DNA from: an uncultured Actinomycetota bacterium
Lineage (GTDB): Bacteria > Actinomycetota > Actinomycetes > JAFAQI01
Direction: 5' to 3'
NCBI GenBank assembly: GCA_963770565.1
Contig: CAVYQE010000011.1
Coordinates: forward strand, 544,001-608,000
Length of the DNA: 64,000 nt
The stretch's first letter is position 1. The number at the start of each line of letters is the position of its first letter. Under the pieces are notes generated by a model. That model was given only the letters and a program-made list of their open reading frames with translations, was not told the DNA's origin and ran no database searches. Positions 10,163-19,840 of this stretch are shown one piece after another. Position numbers and translations under genes: made by a program.

Positions 10163-10450
10163 ATGGACGAACCGCCGGAGCTGCAGTTCAACCGGCACTG
10201 GAGGATGGCCGTCTGGGGCCTCCGAGTGGGGTACGTCGGGCTGGCCGTCGCCCTCGTCGGCCTCATCGTGAGGTCGTCGGGATCCACGCCGTGGGTCCTG
10301 GCCGTCGGGGTGATTATCTGGCTTGCCGCCGCCATCGTCACGTTGGTCGGGTTCCTCCGCGGCCGGCATGAGCTTCCCGAACCGCGACCGGGGTTCTGGC
10401 CGATGAGGTTCATGCTCATCCGCGACACCGTCCACGCCCGCCGCCGGTAG
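10163..10450 (+). CDS. Small two-TM membrane protein
   Basis: Two hydrophobic helices; ATG start. Confidence 0.65.
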   Translation: MDEPPELQFNRHWRMAVWGLRVGYVGLAVALVGLIVRSSGSTPWVLAVGVIIWLAAAIVTLVGFLRGRHELPEPRPGFWPMRFMLIRDTVHARRR

Positions 10451-10717
10451 CGGCCGCATCGGCCCCCGGTCCTGTTGATCGCGCTGGCGGCCCTGCCGCC
10501 GCTGTGGGTACCCGCGACCATCCGCGGCCGCATGCTTCCGCGCAGCGTGCTCCGATCCGCCGCGAGCCACAACGACCCGAGCGCTGACCCGAGGACCGCA
10601 CCAATCCTTCCTCGTACCGACTGGGTGCACCTTGGTGTCGTCCTGATCGAAATCGCAATCCTCGGGTGGCTCCTGCGCGGCGGAACGGCGTAGGGACCCA
10701 GCCAGCGAACCTGGACG

Positions 10718-11086
10718 TCAGTCCGGCATGGGTATCTCCCGCTCGGCCGCCGGGATTGCGAGCGCGTCCTCGGGCACGAGGACAACGTCGTACACGCGGC
10801 CCGGCATACCCGCGTCGGCGCCAGCAGCCAGAGCCGTGTCGACGGCCAGCTGCGCCGCGCTTCCGTAATCCATGCCCCGCACCATGAAGGTGAGCCCGAT
10901 GACCGGCGAGCCTTCATGCCCGCGACCCTGGTCGACCCCGACCAGGTCGCGATCGCCACCATTGCCGAACGGCAACTGACGGATCACCGCATCAGCGAGC
11001 AGGCCGACCGAATGGCCATCGGCATCGGGTGCGACGAGATCCACCCGAACGCTGAAGAGCTCCGGACCGTCACCGACCCACCTCAT
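10718..11086 (-). CDS. Hypothetical protein
   Basis: Alpha/beta-like composition; GC3 bias. Confidence 0.6.
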   Translation of the reverse strand: MRWVGDGPELFSVRVDLVAPDADGHSVGLLADAVIRQLPFGNGGDRDLVGVDQGRGHEGSPVIGLTFMVRGMDYGSAAQLAVDTALAAGADAGMPGRVYDVVLVPEDALAIPAAEREIPMPD

Positions 11087-11186
11087 GACGAGCAGCCTCG
11101 CACTCGCCGGGCGCCGGGGTTCGAATCCGGACCACAGCGGTCGCTCGTGTCAGACTGAGCTCCGACCTGACAAGGCGAGGTATCCC

Positions 11187-11315
11187 ATGACCGCACCACC
11201 GCTGCCGCCCGACATCCCCGACAACCCCGATGACCCGGATCCCACGCTGGACCAGCCAGAGCGGACCCGCGAAGAGATCGGTGACGACGAGTCGGAGCCC
11301 AACGAGGCCGACTGA
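11187..11315 (+). CDS. Small acidic Pro/Asp-rich peptide (42 aa)
   Basis: GAGG RBS then ATG; MTAPPLPPDIPDNPDDPDP... Confidence 0.45.
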   Translation: MTAPPLPPDIPDNPDDPDPTLDQPERTREEIGDDESEPNEAD

Positions 11316-11366
11316 CCGAACGAACCGGCCGCGGGTAGCGGACAAGTTGATCCGGCGAGTGTCGGC

Positions 11367-11876
11367 CTACTCCGCTTCGACCGTTCGGGCCAGGATTCCC
11401 AAGGTCGCGCGCAAGGCCGACTCCGGGATGACCGGGAAGATTCCCGCGTCGCGATACTGCGGCTCGATCTCGCTCCAGTCGTAGTAGGACATGACGACGG
11501 TGCCCTTCTCGCTGGGCTCGAGGCGGTATCCGTACAGGTGCCTGATCGGCGGCTGAATCACGCCGGAGACCGTCCATTCGATCAGCTCGTTGCGCTGGAA
11601 CTTCGTGATGATCACCGTGACGTCGTACTTGCCGAGCGGGTAGTCGTTAAGGGCTTCACGATCCATGTGCACGATGAACGTGTCGCCCACGCGTTGCACG
11701 CTCTCACCATCGGCAGACTGCAGCATCCCGGAGCTGTCGATCGCAACGTGACCGCGCGGGTCGCGCAAGAGGTCGAACACGACCGCCGGATGCGCGCCGA
11801 TGTCGCGCAGGATCTCGAATCGCTCGGCGGTCGCGCCGCCGCCATCCCGATCTTGTGCGCTCGACGTCTGCACCAT
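11367..11876 (-). CDS. SRPBCC / polyketide cyclase family protein
   Basis: AVVFDLLRDPRGHVAIDSSGML, YGYRLEP..GTVV..YYDWS pattern. Confidence 0.85.
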   Translation of the reverse strand: MVQTSSAQDRDGGGATAERFEILRDIGAHPAVVFDLLRDPRGHVAIDSSGMLQSADGESVQRVGDTFIVHMDREALNDYPLGKYDVTVIITKFQRNELIEWTVSGVIQPPIRHLYGYRLEPSEKGTVVMSYYDWSEIEPQYRDAGIFPVIPESALRATLGILARTVEAE

Positions 11877-11910
11877 CAGTCGATCATGCCCCACAAAGCC
11901 CGGTTGAGGG

Positions 11911-12813
11911 CTAGAACAGTGGGTCGAAGCGTTCGGTCGCGACGACCTGAGGCGACGAGGCGGCCCGCAGATGCAGGACCGTCATGCCGCCCTTGCGCAC
12001 GGTGGGATCGCTCGGCGGCGTCGCACCCAGCGCCGTGCAGGCGGCGCTCAGCAAGGCCGGCAACGTCTTGCCCTGACTACATACCACCGACGGCGCGCCG
12101 CTTCCGATGATCTCGAGCAGCCGCTCCAATGCGCGGTCGGGTTGTTCGGCGTACCCGGCCTCCGACAGCAGCGGCTCGCTTTCGACCGGAAGGTGCGCGC
12201 GGGTTGCGTACGGTCCGATCGTCTCCATGCAACGCAGCACGTCGGCGGACAGCACGATCCGGATCCCGTACGCCGAAAGCAGGGGCACGAGTGCCTCGGC
12301 CTGCTCGTCGCCGAGATCGTCCAGCGGGCGTTCGCGATCGTCGCCCTGCCAGGCCGAACGATCACCGGCGCTGCCATGGCGGACCAGTAGGCACGGCCAG
12401 GTCGTGACGGCGTCGACGTCGACACCGGTGAGGATCCGCTGGTCGCGATCCGGCAGCAGGTGCCGCATCGCCTCACGCGGCGGCAGCCACATGATCTGGT
12501 CGACCTCGGCGTTGGCGGCGAACTCGCCGGCCGCGACCCGCATCGCCCAGTAGCGCACCCGCTTCGGAGTGCCATCCTTCACGTAGCGAATCTCGCCGAG
12601 CGGTCGCCCTGGCACACCGGTGTAGCCGGTCTCCTCCCACACCTCGCGGACGCCGCCGACCACTGGGTGCTCGCCGATGTCGAGCTTGCCCTTGGGGATC
12701 GACCAGTCGTCATACTTGGGGCGGTGGACCAGTGCGATCTCGATCCCCGAACCACCGGTCGCGTGCCGCCACAACACTCCACCGGCGGCTTCGATGACCT
12801 TTTCTGGCGCCAT
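11911..12813 (-). CDS. mutT1: NUDIX hydrolase fused to histidine phosphatase domain (MutT1 type)
   Basis: VHRPKYDDWSIPKGK, Nudix box GE......REVWEETG, LVRHG phosphatase motif; TGATG overlap with CHAD gene. Confidence 0.9.
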   Translation of the reverse strand: MAPEKVIEAAGGVLWRHATGGSGIEIALVHRPKYDDWSIPKGKLDIGEHPVVGGVREVWEETGYTGVPGRPLGEIRYVKDGTPKRVRYWAMRVAAGEFAANAEVDQIMWLPPREAMRHLLPDRDQRILTGVDVDAVTTWPCLLVRHGSAGDRSAWQGDDRERPLDDLGDEQAEALVPLLSAYGIRIVLSADVLRCMETIGPYATRAHLPVESEPLLSEAGYAEQPDRALERLLEIIGSGAPSVVCSQGKTLPALLSAACTALGATPPSDPTVRKGGMTVLHLRAASSPQVVATERFDPLF

Positions 12814-14369
12814 CAGGGCGTCAACCATCTCCGGAGTCTCGGTCGCGAGGCGTCCGCCCACACGCGTCCGAATTCGGCGCGCGCGGCGAGCGCTGCTGCG
12901 GTTTGGCGGGCATGGAGCACTCCGAGCGTAAACGCCGTCGTACCGGCCCCCTTCGCGGTGGCCATGGAATAGAGCAGATCCGCGGCGATGACCGCGTCCT
13001 GGTGCTCGCCGAGCGCCTCCTGGACCCGCTCGGCCTGCTGAGCCAGCGCCCGGGCCGGTTTGCCGAACATCGGCTCGACCGCCTCGCAGGCGTAGCGCAG
13101 CTGCTTCGCGTCGATGCGCACCCGGTGCCAGTCGTGCTCGGTGGCGTCGGGACGCGACAGCCGCCGGGCCTCCTTCGCCATCCGGGTCCAGGCCGCGCCG
13201 ACCAGCGCGGGGAGCACCTCCTCGACCGTTGCGTCAGCGGCCGGCGCGGTCATCGGCTCCCAGGCCGCGTCCACCAACCGCTCGAGCAGTACGACGTACC
13301 GCTCGGAGCGAAGGGTTTCCAGTGCCTGGCTGCCGCCGGCGGCCAGATCGCCGCCGACCACGTGCTCGATCCGGGCCCGAACCGGGCCGAACACGAGCTG
13401 CGGGGGAAGTCGGTCAAGGTCGCTGAGCAGGCGTTCGAGCAGGACCTCGTTGTCCCGGGCGCCGGCGAGTGAGTCGCCGAGCCACTTCAGCTCGGCCCGC
13501 AGCGAGGTTGCCCACTCCGGATCGAGCAGCGGCCCGAAGGTCTTCAACCCGCTGCGCAGCCGCCGCGAGTTGACCCGCATCTGGTGGACCGCATCCGGGA
13601 TGTCACGGCGGACCGCGACGTCGTGAATGATCAGCGCCCGGACATAGCGGCGCAACATGTCCCGAATGCCGCAGCGGGCCGGCTCACCGAGCCCGACCGG
13701 CCCGGGCAGCGGCGGGTCCGGGTCGGCCGTCGCCTGCGGGCCGAGCGCCCGGACCACCTTCGGGAGGAACTCGCCGCCGACCGCCCCGCCGGCGCGCAGC
13801 ACGTTGCCGACCGCCTCGATCGCCTCGACCCCGCCGCCGCAGTCCTCGACCTCGATCTCGCGGAACCGGCCGGCGACGTGCCCGGAGCTGAGGACCGACA
13901 CCAGATCGTCGGTCAGCTCCACCAACGCGTTGCCGCGCTCGTCGCGCAGGAGGTAGACCGTCCGCTGCGTCACCAGGGTCGCCACCGGTCCGAGTACGGC
14001 GGTGCGGGTCCATGGGGTGATCAGGTTGCGCAGGCTGTCGGGGATCGTGTCGCTGATGCCGGTTGCGTGCAGCTCGTCGCGGGTGCCGATGCTGCCGTCG
14101 GGCACTCGTCCTTCGCCGACCGGCAGTTTCAGATGCCAGCCGTCCTTGCCCGGCCCTTCGCCGAAGCGGTGCCGCAGCGTCACGCCCTCGCGGGCCAGCC
14201 GGAGGTCGCTGGTGTCCCAGTAGACCGCGCGCAACTGCTGTTCCTGCGCGGCGTCGACGGTGGCCGCGCCGCTTCGTTCACCGGTCAGGTCGGGCAGCTC
14301 GAACGGCGGGTGGACCCGAAACTTCGCCTCGACTTCTCGGATGGTCGAGGTCGCGGGCTTGGCGCTCAC
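12813..14369 (-). CDS. CYTH and CHAD domain-containing protein (polyphosphate-associated)
   Basis: EVEAKF (ExExK), [31 protein letters not shown]; GTGA overlap with ppk stop. Confidence 0.92.
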   Translation of the reverse strand: MSAKPATSTIREVEAKFRVHPPFELPDLTGERSGAATVDAAQEQQLRAVYWDTSDLRLAREGVTLRHRFGEGPGKDGWHLKLPVGEGRVPDGSIGTRDELHATGISDTIPDSLRNLITPWTRTAVLGPVATLVTQRTVYLLRDERGNALVELTDDLVSVLSSGHVAGRFREIEVEDCGGGVEAIEAVGNVLRAGGAVGGEFLPKVVRALGPQATADPDPPLPGPVGLGEPARCGIRDMLRRYVRALIIHDVAVRRDIPDAVHQMRVNSRRLRSGLKTFGPLLDPEWATSLRAELKWLGDSLAGARDNEVLLERLLSDLDRLPPQLVFGPVRARIEHVVGGDLAAGGSQALETLRSERYVVLLERLVDAAWEPMTAPAADATVEEVLPALVGAAWTRMAKEARRLSRPDATEHDWHRVRIDAKQLRYACEAVEPMFGKPARALAQQAERVQEALGEHQDAVIAADLLYSMATAKGAGTTAFTLGVLHARQTAAALAARAEFGRVWADASRPRLRRWLTP

Positions 14370-16555
14370 GGATGCGGCTCCGCCCGGGCCTCGGCCGCGC
14401 GGGCGGCAGTTGCTTTGAGCAGGGTGAGCTGGTAGTCGCGCAGCGGTTCGCCGTCTTCGTTCTTGGTCTGGCGCCGCCACGATCCGTCCCGGCGCAACTC
14501 CCAGGCCGAGGTGCCAGGGTCGGTGACGAGGCCGAGCAGGCGCTGGAGGCCGGCGCGGGCGTCCGGGTCGCGGACCTCGACCAGCGCCTCGACCCGGCGA
14601 TCGAGGTTGCGGTGCATCGCATCCGCGCTTCCGATGTACAGCTCCTCCGCCCCGTCGTCGCAGAACCGGAAGATCCGGGAGTGCTCGAGGAACCGGCCGA
14701 GGATGCTGCGGACCCGGATGTTGCTCGACAAGCCGGGCACGCCGGGGCGAAGGCAGCACATGCCGCGAATGACGAGGTCGATCGGCACACCGGCGGCGGA
14801 CGCGTCGTACAGCGCGTCGATGATGAGCTCGTCGACGATGCTGTTGAGCTTCCAGGTGATGCCGGACGGCCGCCCGGCGCGGGCGTTGTCGGCCTCGCGA
14901 GTGATCTTGGCGACCAGGCTGCTGCGCAGCGTCTCGGGGGCGACCAGCAGGGTGCGGTAGTCGCGATGCTTGGTGTAGCCGGAGAGGTGGTTGAACAGGT
15001 CGGCCATGTCGGCGGTGACGGCTGGATCGACGGTGAGCAGGCCGAGGTCCTCATAGAGTCGGGCGGTCTTCGGGTTGTAGTTGCCGGTCCCGATGTGGGC
15101 GTAGCGGCGCAGGCTGCCGTCCGGCTCCTGCCTGACGACGAGGGCCAGCTTGCAGTGCGTCTTCAAGCCGACGACGCCATAGACGACGTGACATCCGGCG
15201 TGCTCGAGTGCGCGGGCCCACTTGATGTTGGCCTGCTCGTCGAAGCGGGCGGTGATCTCGACCACAACGAGCACCTGCTTGCCCGCCTCGGCCGCGTCGA
15301 CCAGGGCGTCGACCAACGGTGAGTCGCCACTGGTCCGGTAGAGCGTCTGCTTGATCGCGAGTACGTCGGGATCGGCCGCGGCTTGCTCGACGAAGGCCTG
15401 GACGCTGGTGGCGAACGAGTCGTACGGATGGTGCAGCAGTACGTCGCGCCGCCGCATCGCTGCGAAGACGTCGACCGCGCTCGACGTCTCCCCGCTGCCT
15501 CGCAGCTGCGGGTGGGTGACCGGGGGAGTGGCGTCGTACTTCAGGGCCGGCAGGTCGAGGTCCACGATCGCCCAGAGCCCGGCCAGGTCGAGCATGCCCT
15601 TGATCCGGTAGAGCTGCGGCTCGCTGATGTCGAGCTCGCGCACCAGCAGGTCGAGCACCCGGTCGCCGATGTCGGCTTCGACCTCGAGTCGTACGGCGGG
15701 GCCGAACCGGCGGCGGACCAGCTCGCGCTCGAGCGCCTGCAGCAGGTTGTCGACGTCGTCCTCGTCGACGGTGAGGTCCTCGTTGCGGGTCACCCGGAAC
15801 AGCGACGCCTCGATCACGTCCATGCCGGGGAACAACGCCGGCAGGTGGGCCGCGATCACTTGCTCGATCAAGACGAAACGGCGGGCGCCGACGCTGATGA
15901 AGCGCGGCAGCAGCGGCGGCACCTTCACCCGGGCGAAGTGCTCGCGGCCGTTCTCGCGGTCGCGCACCACGATCGCCAGGTTGAGGGAAAGGCCGGAGAT
16001 GTAGGGGAACGGATGCGCCGGGTCGACGGCGAGCGGCGTGAGCACCGGAAACACGTGCTCGTCGAACAACGCATCGGCGGTCTTGCGCTCGTCGTCAGCC
16101 AGCGCGTCGTACATGACGACTTCGATGCCCACCTCTTTGAGCGCGGGCAGGATCTGGCCGCGGAACAGCTCGCCGTGGCGGGTCGCGAGCTCGTGCGCCC
16201 GGGTGCTGATCAGCTCGATCTGCTCACGGGCGGACAGGCCGGCCGGCGAGGCCACCCCGAGCCCGGTGGCGATCCGGCGCTGCAGGCCGGCGACGCGCAC
16301 CATGAAGAACTCGTCGAGGTTGTCGGCGAAGATCGCCGCGAACCGGGCCCGTTCGAGCAACGGCACCGAGGCATCCTCGGCCAGCTCGAGCACCCGGGTG
16401 TTGAAGTCGAGCCAGCTGCCCTCGCGGTCGAGGAACCGATCCGGGTCGGATGGGCGGTCGCCGGGTTCGGCATCCTGGCTGAGATCCTCGATTTCCTCCG
16501 CGAGCTCCTCCGCGTAGCGCGGCAGGTCCCTGGAGCTCGGGGTGGTCGTGCTCAC
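14366..16555 (-). CDS. ppk1: Polyphosphate kinase 1
   Basis: [53 protein letters not shown]; alternative ATG at 16588. Confidence 0.97.
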   Translation of the reverse strand: MSTTTPSSRDLPRYAEELAEEIEDLSQDAEPGDRPSDPDRFLDREGSWLDFNTRVLELAEDASVPLLERARFAAIFADNLDEFFMVRVAGLQRRIATGLGVASPAGLSAREQIELISTRAHELATRHGELFRGQILPALKEVGIEVVMYDALADDERKTADALFDEHVFPVLTPLAVDPAHPFPYISGLSLNLAIVVRDRENGREHFARVKVPPLLPRFISVGARRFVLIEQVIAAHLPALFPGMDVIEASLFRVTRNEDLTVDEDDVDNLLQALERELVRRRFGPAVRLEVEADIGDRVLDLLVRELDISEPQLYRIKGMLDLAGLWAIVDLDLPALKYDATPPVTHPQLRGSGETSSAVDVFAAMRRRDVLLHHPYDSFATSVQAFVEQAAADPDVLAIKQTLYRTSGDSPLVDALVDAAEAGKQVLVVVEITARFDEQANIKWARALEHAGCHVVYGVVGLKTHCKLALVVRQEPDGSLRRYAHIGTGNYNPKTARLYEDLGLLTVDPAVTADMADLFNHLSGYTKHRDYRTLLVAPETLRSSLVAKITREADNARAGRPSGITWKLNSIVDELIIDALYDASAAGVPIDLVIRGMCCLRPGVPGLSSNIRVRSILGRFLEHSRIFRFCDDGAEELYIGSADAMHRNLDRRVEALVEVRDPDARAGLQRLLGLVTDPGTSAWELRRDGSWRRQTKNEDGEPLRDYQLTLLKATAARAAEARAEPHP

Positions 16556-16594
16556 CGCCTTACTCTCGTCGCTGTAGTCGGGCGGCATCCGAGG

Positions 16595-16627
16595 CCAAGG
16601 TGAACGCCTGATGAACGGGAGTTGAAC
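16595..16627 (-). promoter_or_regulatory. PHO-box-like site (three 11-bp direct repeat units) upstream of ppk1
   Basis: Minus strand GTTCAACTCCC-GTTCATCAGGC-GTTCACCTTGG; resembles the Streptomyces PhoP GTTCACC unit. Confidence 0.7.
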
Positions 16628-16653
16628 AGTCGCCGAAAATGATCATCGTCAAG

Positions 16654-16674
16654 CGTGGACAACCCTGTGGATAA
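16654..16674 (-). promoter_or_regulatory. Two DnaA boxes
   Basis: TTATCCACA (perfect, 16666-16674) and TTGTCCACG (16654-16662) on minus strand, 3-bp spacer. Confidence 0.55.
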
Positions 16675-16720
16675 TCCACCCGGGGTTGCGTCTGCCTGTT
16701 GACGGCGCGAACGTTTCGCC

Positions 16721-16927
16721 ATGGCGCCGACACTCTCACTTGCCGATCAGGTCGACAAGGTGACGCAGCGGCTGACCGCGGAGTTCTCGGGCAGGGTGCC
16801 CGATCCCGAGGTACGCCGGATCGTGACCGAGGTCTACGGCGAGATGTCCTCAGCGCGGGTCACCCAGTTCGTCCCCGTGCTGCTGGACCGTGGCGTCCGC
16901 GATCGGCTGCGGTCCCGAGCCGGCTGA
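16721..16927 (+). CDS. Three-helix bundle dimerization domain protein (DUF3562-like)
   Basis: RLTAEFSG.V....V..IV......ARVTQFVPVLLDR. Confidence 0.8.
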   Translation: MAPTLSLADQVDKVTQRLTAEFSGRVPDPEVRRIVTEVYGEMSSARVTQFVPVLLDRGVRDRLRSRAG

Positions 16928-17018
16928 GCCGCCGCCCGGATCGCGGGCGCTGATGGGCGACCACCTGCGGTGGCCGCAGCGAAACCTCGCGTTCATAAAC
17001 CCATGCAACCGTGGAGGC

Positions 17019-17462
17019 ATGGAAGGAACACGCAGTCATGAGGCACCGTCGGGTCGACGGATCGCCTTGATCGCCCACGACAACAAGAAGCAGGACATGC
17101 GGGAATGGGCACGATTCAACCTGCACCGCCTGCACGAGCACGAGCTGTTTGCCACCGCGACCACCGGCCGGATCCTGATCGACGAGCTCGGCCTACCGGT
17201 GACCTGTTTCCGTAGCGGCCCGTACGGCGGCGACCAGCAGATCGGCGCCCGGATCGCCGAGGGCGAGATCGACCTGCTGGTTTTCTTCTGGGACCCGCTG
17301 GAGCCGCATCCGCACGACCCGGACGTGAAGGCCCTGCTCCGGATCGCCGTCGTCTGCAATATCCCGGTGGCGTGCAACCGCGCGACCGCCGACTTCATGA
17401 TCTCCTCGCCGCTGATGCATCAGCCGCACCTCGGGATCGTGCCCGATCTCCTGACCGCCTGA
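17019..17462 (+). CDS. mgsA: Methylglyoxal synthase
   Basis: IALIAHDNKK, ATATTG, SGPYGGDQQIG, FFWDPL..HPHDPDVKALLR; GGAGG RBS. Confidence 0.96.
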   Translation: MEGTRSHEAPSGRRIALIAHDNKKQDMREWARFNLHRLHEHELFATATTGRILIDELGLPVTCFRSGPYGGDQQIGARIAEGEIDLLVFFWDPLEPHPHDPDVKALLRIAVVCNIPVACNRATADFMISSPLMHQPHLGIVPDLLTA

Positions 17463-17514
17463 CCGGCTGGACCGCCGACTACACGGCCGAGGGCAAAGCC
17501 GGGTCTGGTCTCAC

Positions 17515-17553
17515 TGTGAACAGTTAGTACTGGACTACTCAGTACGGTTCACA
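17515..17553. repeat. Degenerate copy of REP-like family A palindrome
   Basis: TGTGAAC...GTTCACA; aligns to the reverse complement of the 39151-39198 core with a 3-nt gap. Confidence 0.55.
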
Positions 17554-17687
17554 CCGCGCCTAACGGGCTTGGGCTATTTCGTCATCCTCCGGAGGTCGTT
17601 TCGAGCCTGATGCCGGCGTGGCGCCGGACGCCGCTGCGCCGGACGACTGGCTCAAGCCGTTGCCGCCCAGTGGGAGCACACTCCGGG

Positions 17688-18347
17688 TCAGGACTCCAGA
17701 TAGCGGAGGACGGCGAGCACCCGTCGGTGGTCGGCGTCTGAGGGTGCCAAACCGAGTTTGGCGAAGACGTTGGCGACGTGCTTCTCGACTCCCCGTTCCG
17801 AGATCACAAGGGTGCCGGCGATGGAGCCGTTCGACTTGCCTTCGGCCATCAGGGAAAGGACGTCGCGCTCTCTGGGGGTGAGAGCGTCGAGGCCATCGGT
17901 GCGCCGGGCGGCCTCTCGGAACAGTTGCGTGACGACCTCGGGGTCGAGGGCGGTGCCGCCGGCCGCCACCCGGCTCAGCGCGTCGACGAACTCCCCAACA
18001 TCGCCGACGCGGTCCTTGAGCAGGTATCCGATGCCGGCGGCACCGCGGCTGGATGCCGCTTCAAGGAGCTCGGCGACGTGGCGGGTCTCGATGTACTGAG
18101 AGAAGACCAGCACTCCGGTGCCGGGGTGGTCACGGCGGATGGCGATCGCGGCCCGGATGCCCTCGTCGGTGTAGTCGGGCGGCATTCGCACGTCTACGAC
18201 GGCAGCATCCGGCTCGTGCTCGTCCACGGCCGCTCGCAGCGCCTCGGCATCGCCTACCGCGGCCACCGTCTCGTGTCCCCGGTCGGCGAGGATCTCAACC
18301 AGCCCGGCCCGGATGACTGCGGAGTCTTCGGCGATAACGATCCGCAT
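17688..18347 (-). CDS. NarL/LuxR family response regulator
   Basis: MRIVIAED, DVRMPP, GYLLKD, LTPRERDVL.LMAEGKSN..IA HTH. Confidence 0.95.
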   Translation of the reverse strand: MRIVIAEDSAVIRAGLVEILADRGHETVAAVGDAEALRAAVDEHEPDAAVVDVRMPPDYTDEGIRAAIAIRRDHPGTGVLVFSQYIETRHVAELLEAASSRGAAGIGYLLKDRVGDVGEFVDALSRVAAGGTALDPEVVTQLFREAARRTDGLDALTPRERDVLSLMAEGKSNGSIAGTLVISERGVEKHVANVFAKLGLAPSDADHRRVLAVLRYLES

Positions 18348-18366
18348 TCGAGCTGCTCCTATCGGG

Positions 18367-19260
18367 TCAGACGTGAGAGGGCAGTACGACGGTGACCACC
18401 GTGGGGCCGCCGGCCGGACTTTCGACCTGCAGCCTGCCATCAACTGTCTTGACCCGCTCTGCGAGACCGGCCAGGCCTCCGCCGGGCTCGAGCCGGGCGC
18501 CGCCGGGTCCTTCGTCGCTGACCCGCATCGTCACCAGGCCGGCGTGGTTGAGCACCTCCACCTTGGTATGCTGGGCACCGCTGTGCTTCGCGGCGTTCGT
18601 GAGCAGTTCGGCAGCGCAGAAGTAAGCCATCGTCTCGATGGCAGCGGACGGACGCTCCGGCAGGCCGACGACCAGTTCGACTGGCAGGTCGCTGCGTGCC
18701 ACGAGGCCGGCGAGGGCGGCACCGAGGCCTTCGTCCAGGGCCGGCGGATGGATACCTCTGGCCAGGTCACGCAGTTCGGTGATCGCCTCCATCGCGCCGC
18801 GGCGGGCCGCGGTCACCAGTTCCAGGACCCGGTCGAGATCGGCGCCCCCTGGCCTGGCCGCCGAGGTGTTGAGATGGTCCTGAGCGAGCCCCAGCTTCAT
18901 GACGACAGCGACCATCTGGGCTTGGGCTCCGTCGTGCAGATCCTGCCCGATGCGGCGTAACAGGGCTGCCGCGTCGTCCACCACGACAGCTCGGGATCGT
19001 TGCAGCTCGCGCACGCGCTCGACGTTCTTGGGGGCATCCCGGAGTAGGTTCCAGCGCGGCACCAGGTAGGCGAGCGAGCCGTTCAGCCCGGCCGGCACGA
19101 ACAGGAACACCCCCCACCACTGACCCAAGGCCAGCAACACCGCCCCCCAGACCACGAAACAGACCGCGGCAACCCAGCGCGCGACTGCCACGCCTTTGAC
19201 ATGACGCGCCCCGAACGCCGTGAAGGTGCCCCTGGTGGCCGATGGACCCGCCTCGGTCAT
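18367..19260 (-). CDS. HisKA_3 sensor histidine kinase with two N-terminal TM helices
   Basis: RRIGQDLHDGAQ H-box; ELLTNAAKH, SDEGPGGA, GGGLAGL, SPAGGPT ATPase boxes. Confidence 0.92.
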   Translation of the reverse strand: MTEAGPSATRGTFTAFGARHVKGVAVARWVAAVCFVVWGAVLLALGQWWGVFLFVPAGLNGSLAYLVPRWNLLRDAPKNVERVRELQRSRAVVVDDAAALLRRIGQDLHDGAQAQMVAVVMKLGLAQDHLNTSAARPGGADLDRVLELVTAARRGAMEAITELRDLARGIHPPALDEGLGAALAGLVARSDLPVELVVGLPERPSAAIETMAYFCAAELLTNAAKHSGAQHTKVEVLNHAGLVTMRVSDEGPGGARLEPGGGLAGLAERVKTVDGRLQVESPAGGPTVVTVVLPSHV

Positions 19261-19506
19261 ATCGAGACCTACGTCGAGAGGTTGGCGTTCTTGGGGGCAT
19301 CCCGGAGCAGGTTCCAGCGCGGCACCAGGTAGGCGAGCGAGCCGTTCAGCCCGGCCGGCACGAACAGGAACACCCCCCACCACTGACCCAAGGCCAGCAA
19401 CACCGCCCCCCAGACCACGAAACAGACCGCGGCAACCCAGCGCGCGACTGCCACGCCCTTGACATGACGCGCCCCGAACGCCGTGAAGGTGCCTCTGGTT
19501 GCTGAT
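19023..19506. repeat. 221-bp direct duplication (19023-19243 and 19286-19506)
   Basis: Copies differ at 5 positions by manual alignment, all synonymous on the minus strand. Confidence 0.95.
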
Positions 19507-19550
19507 AGAGCGACGTCGGTCGGTCGCTGATGTTCACTCATGTCGGGCAT
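19269..19550 (-). CDS. Small membrane protein identical to the kinase sensor/TM domain
   Basis: AAAGGAGG RBS before ATG at 19550; 73 aa identical to the kinase N-terminus. Confidence 0.85.
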   Translation of the reverse strand: MPDMSEHQRPTDVALSATRGTFTAFGARHVKGVAVARWVAAVCFVVWGAVLLALGQWWGVFLFVPAGLNGSLAYLVPRWNLLRDAPKNANLST

Positions 19551-19630
19551 CGGACTGCCTCCTTTGATCTTCGGCATCGACCACCTTGGTCGTCCACGGT
19601 TCGATCTTCGTCCCCAACGAGCCACAGATT

Positions 19631-19674
19631 CCACCGTGCGAGCACCCGAATCCGGGGTACGGCTAGCACGGTGG
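19631..19674. promoter_or_regulatory. Inverted repeat, candidate response-regulator operator
   Basis: CCACCGTGC-N26-GCACGGTGG about 80 nt upstream of the 19550 start. Confidence 0.4.
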
Positions 19675-19840
19675 TCATCGCCTGACATAAGCATCGAACC
19701 GGGAAGTGCGCCCGCCCATTTACACCGGCTTCCGGACGCTGCCGCCAGACCGATCGGTCAGTGAATGCCGTTCTAGGGCACTTGAACTGACGCTCTGATG
19801 GGTTGTTGGGCCTGGGATGAGCGCCGGAGTCCGGATCGAG

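Noticed and set aside
11112-11135. tRNA suggested by GGTTCGAATCC T-loop motif
   Set aside because: T-stem pairs for only 2 bp; no acceptor, D or anticodon arm could be built
16654-16680. Replication origin
   Set aside because: Only two DnaA boxes, no AT-rich unwinding element, no dnaA/dnaN nearby
19023-19506. Assembly-artefact duplication
   Set aside because: Five differences, all at synonymous third positions, and distinct in-frame flanks for each copy
19760-19840. IS end around CTAG at 19773
   Set aside because: No partner inverted repeat or transposase fragment found
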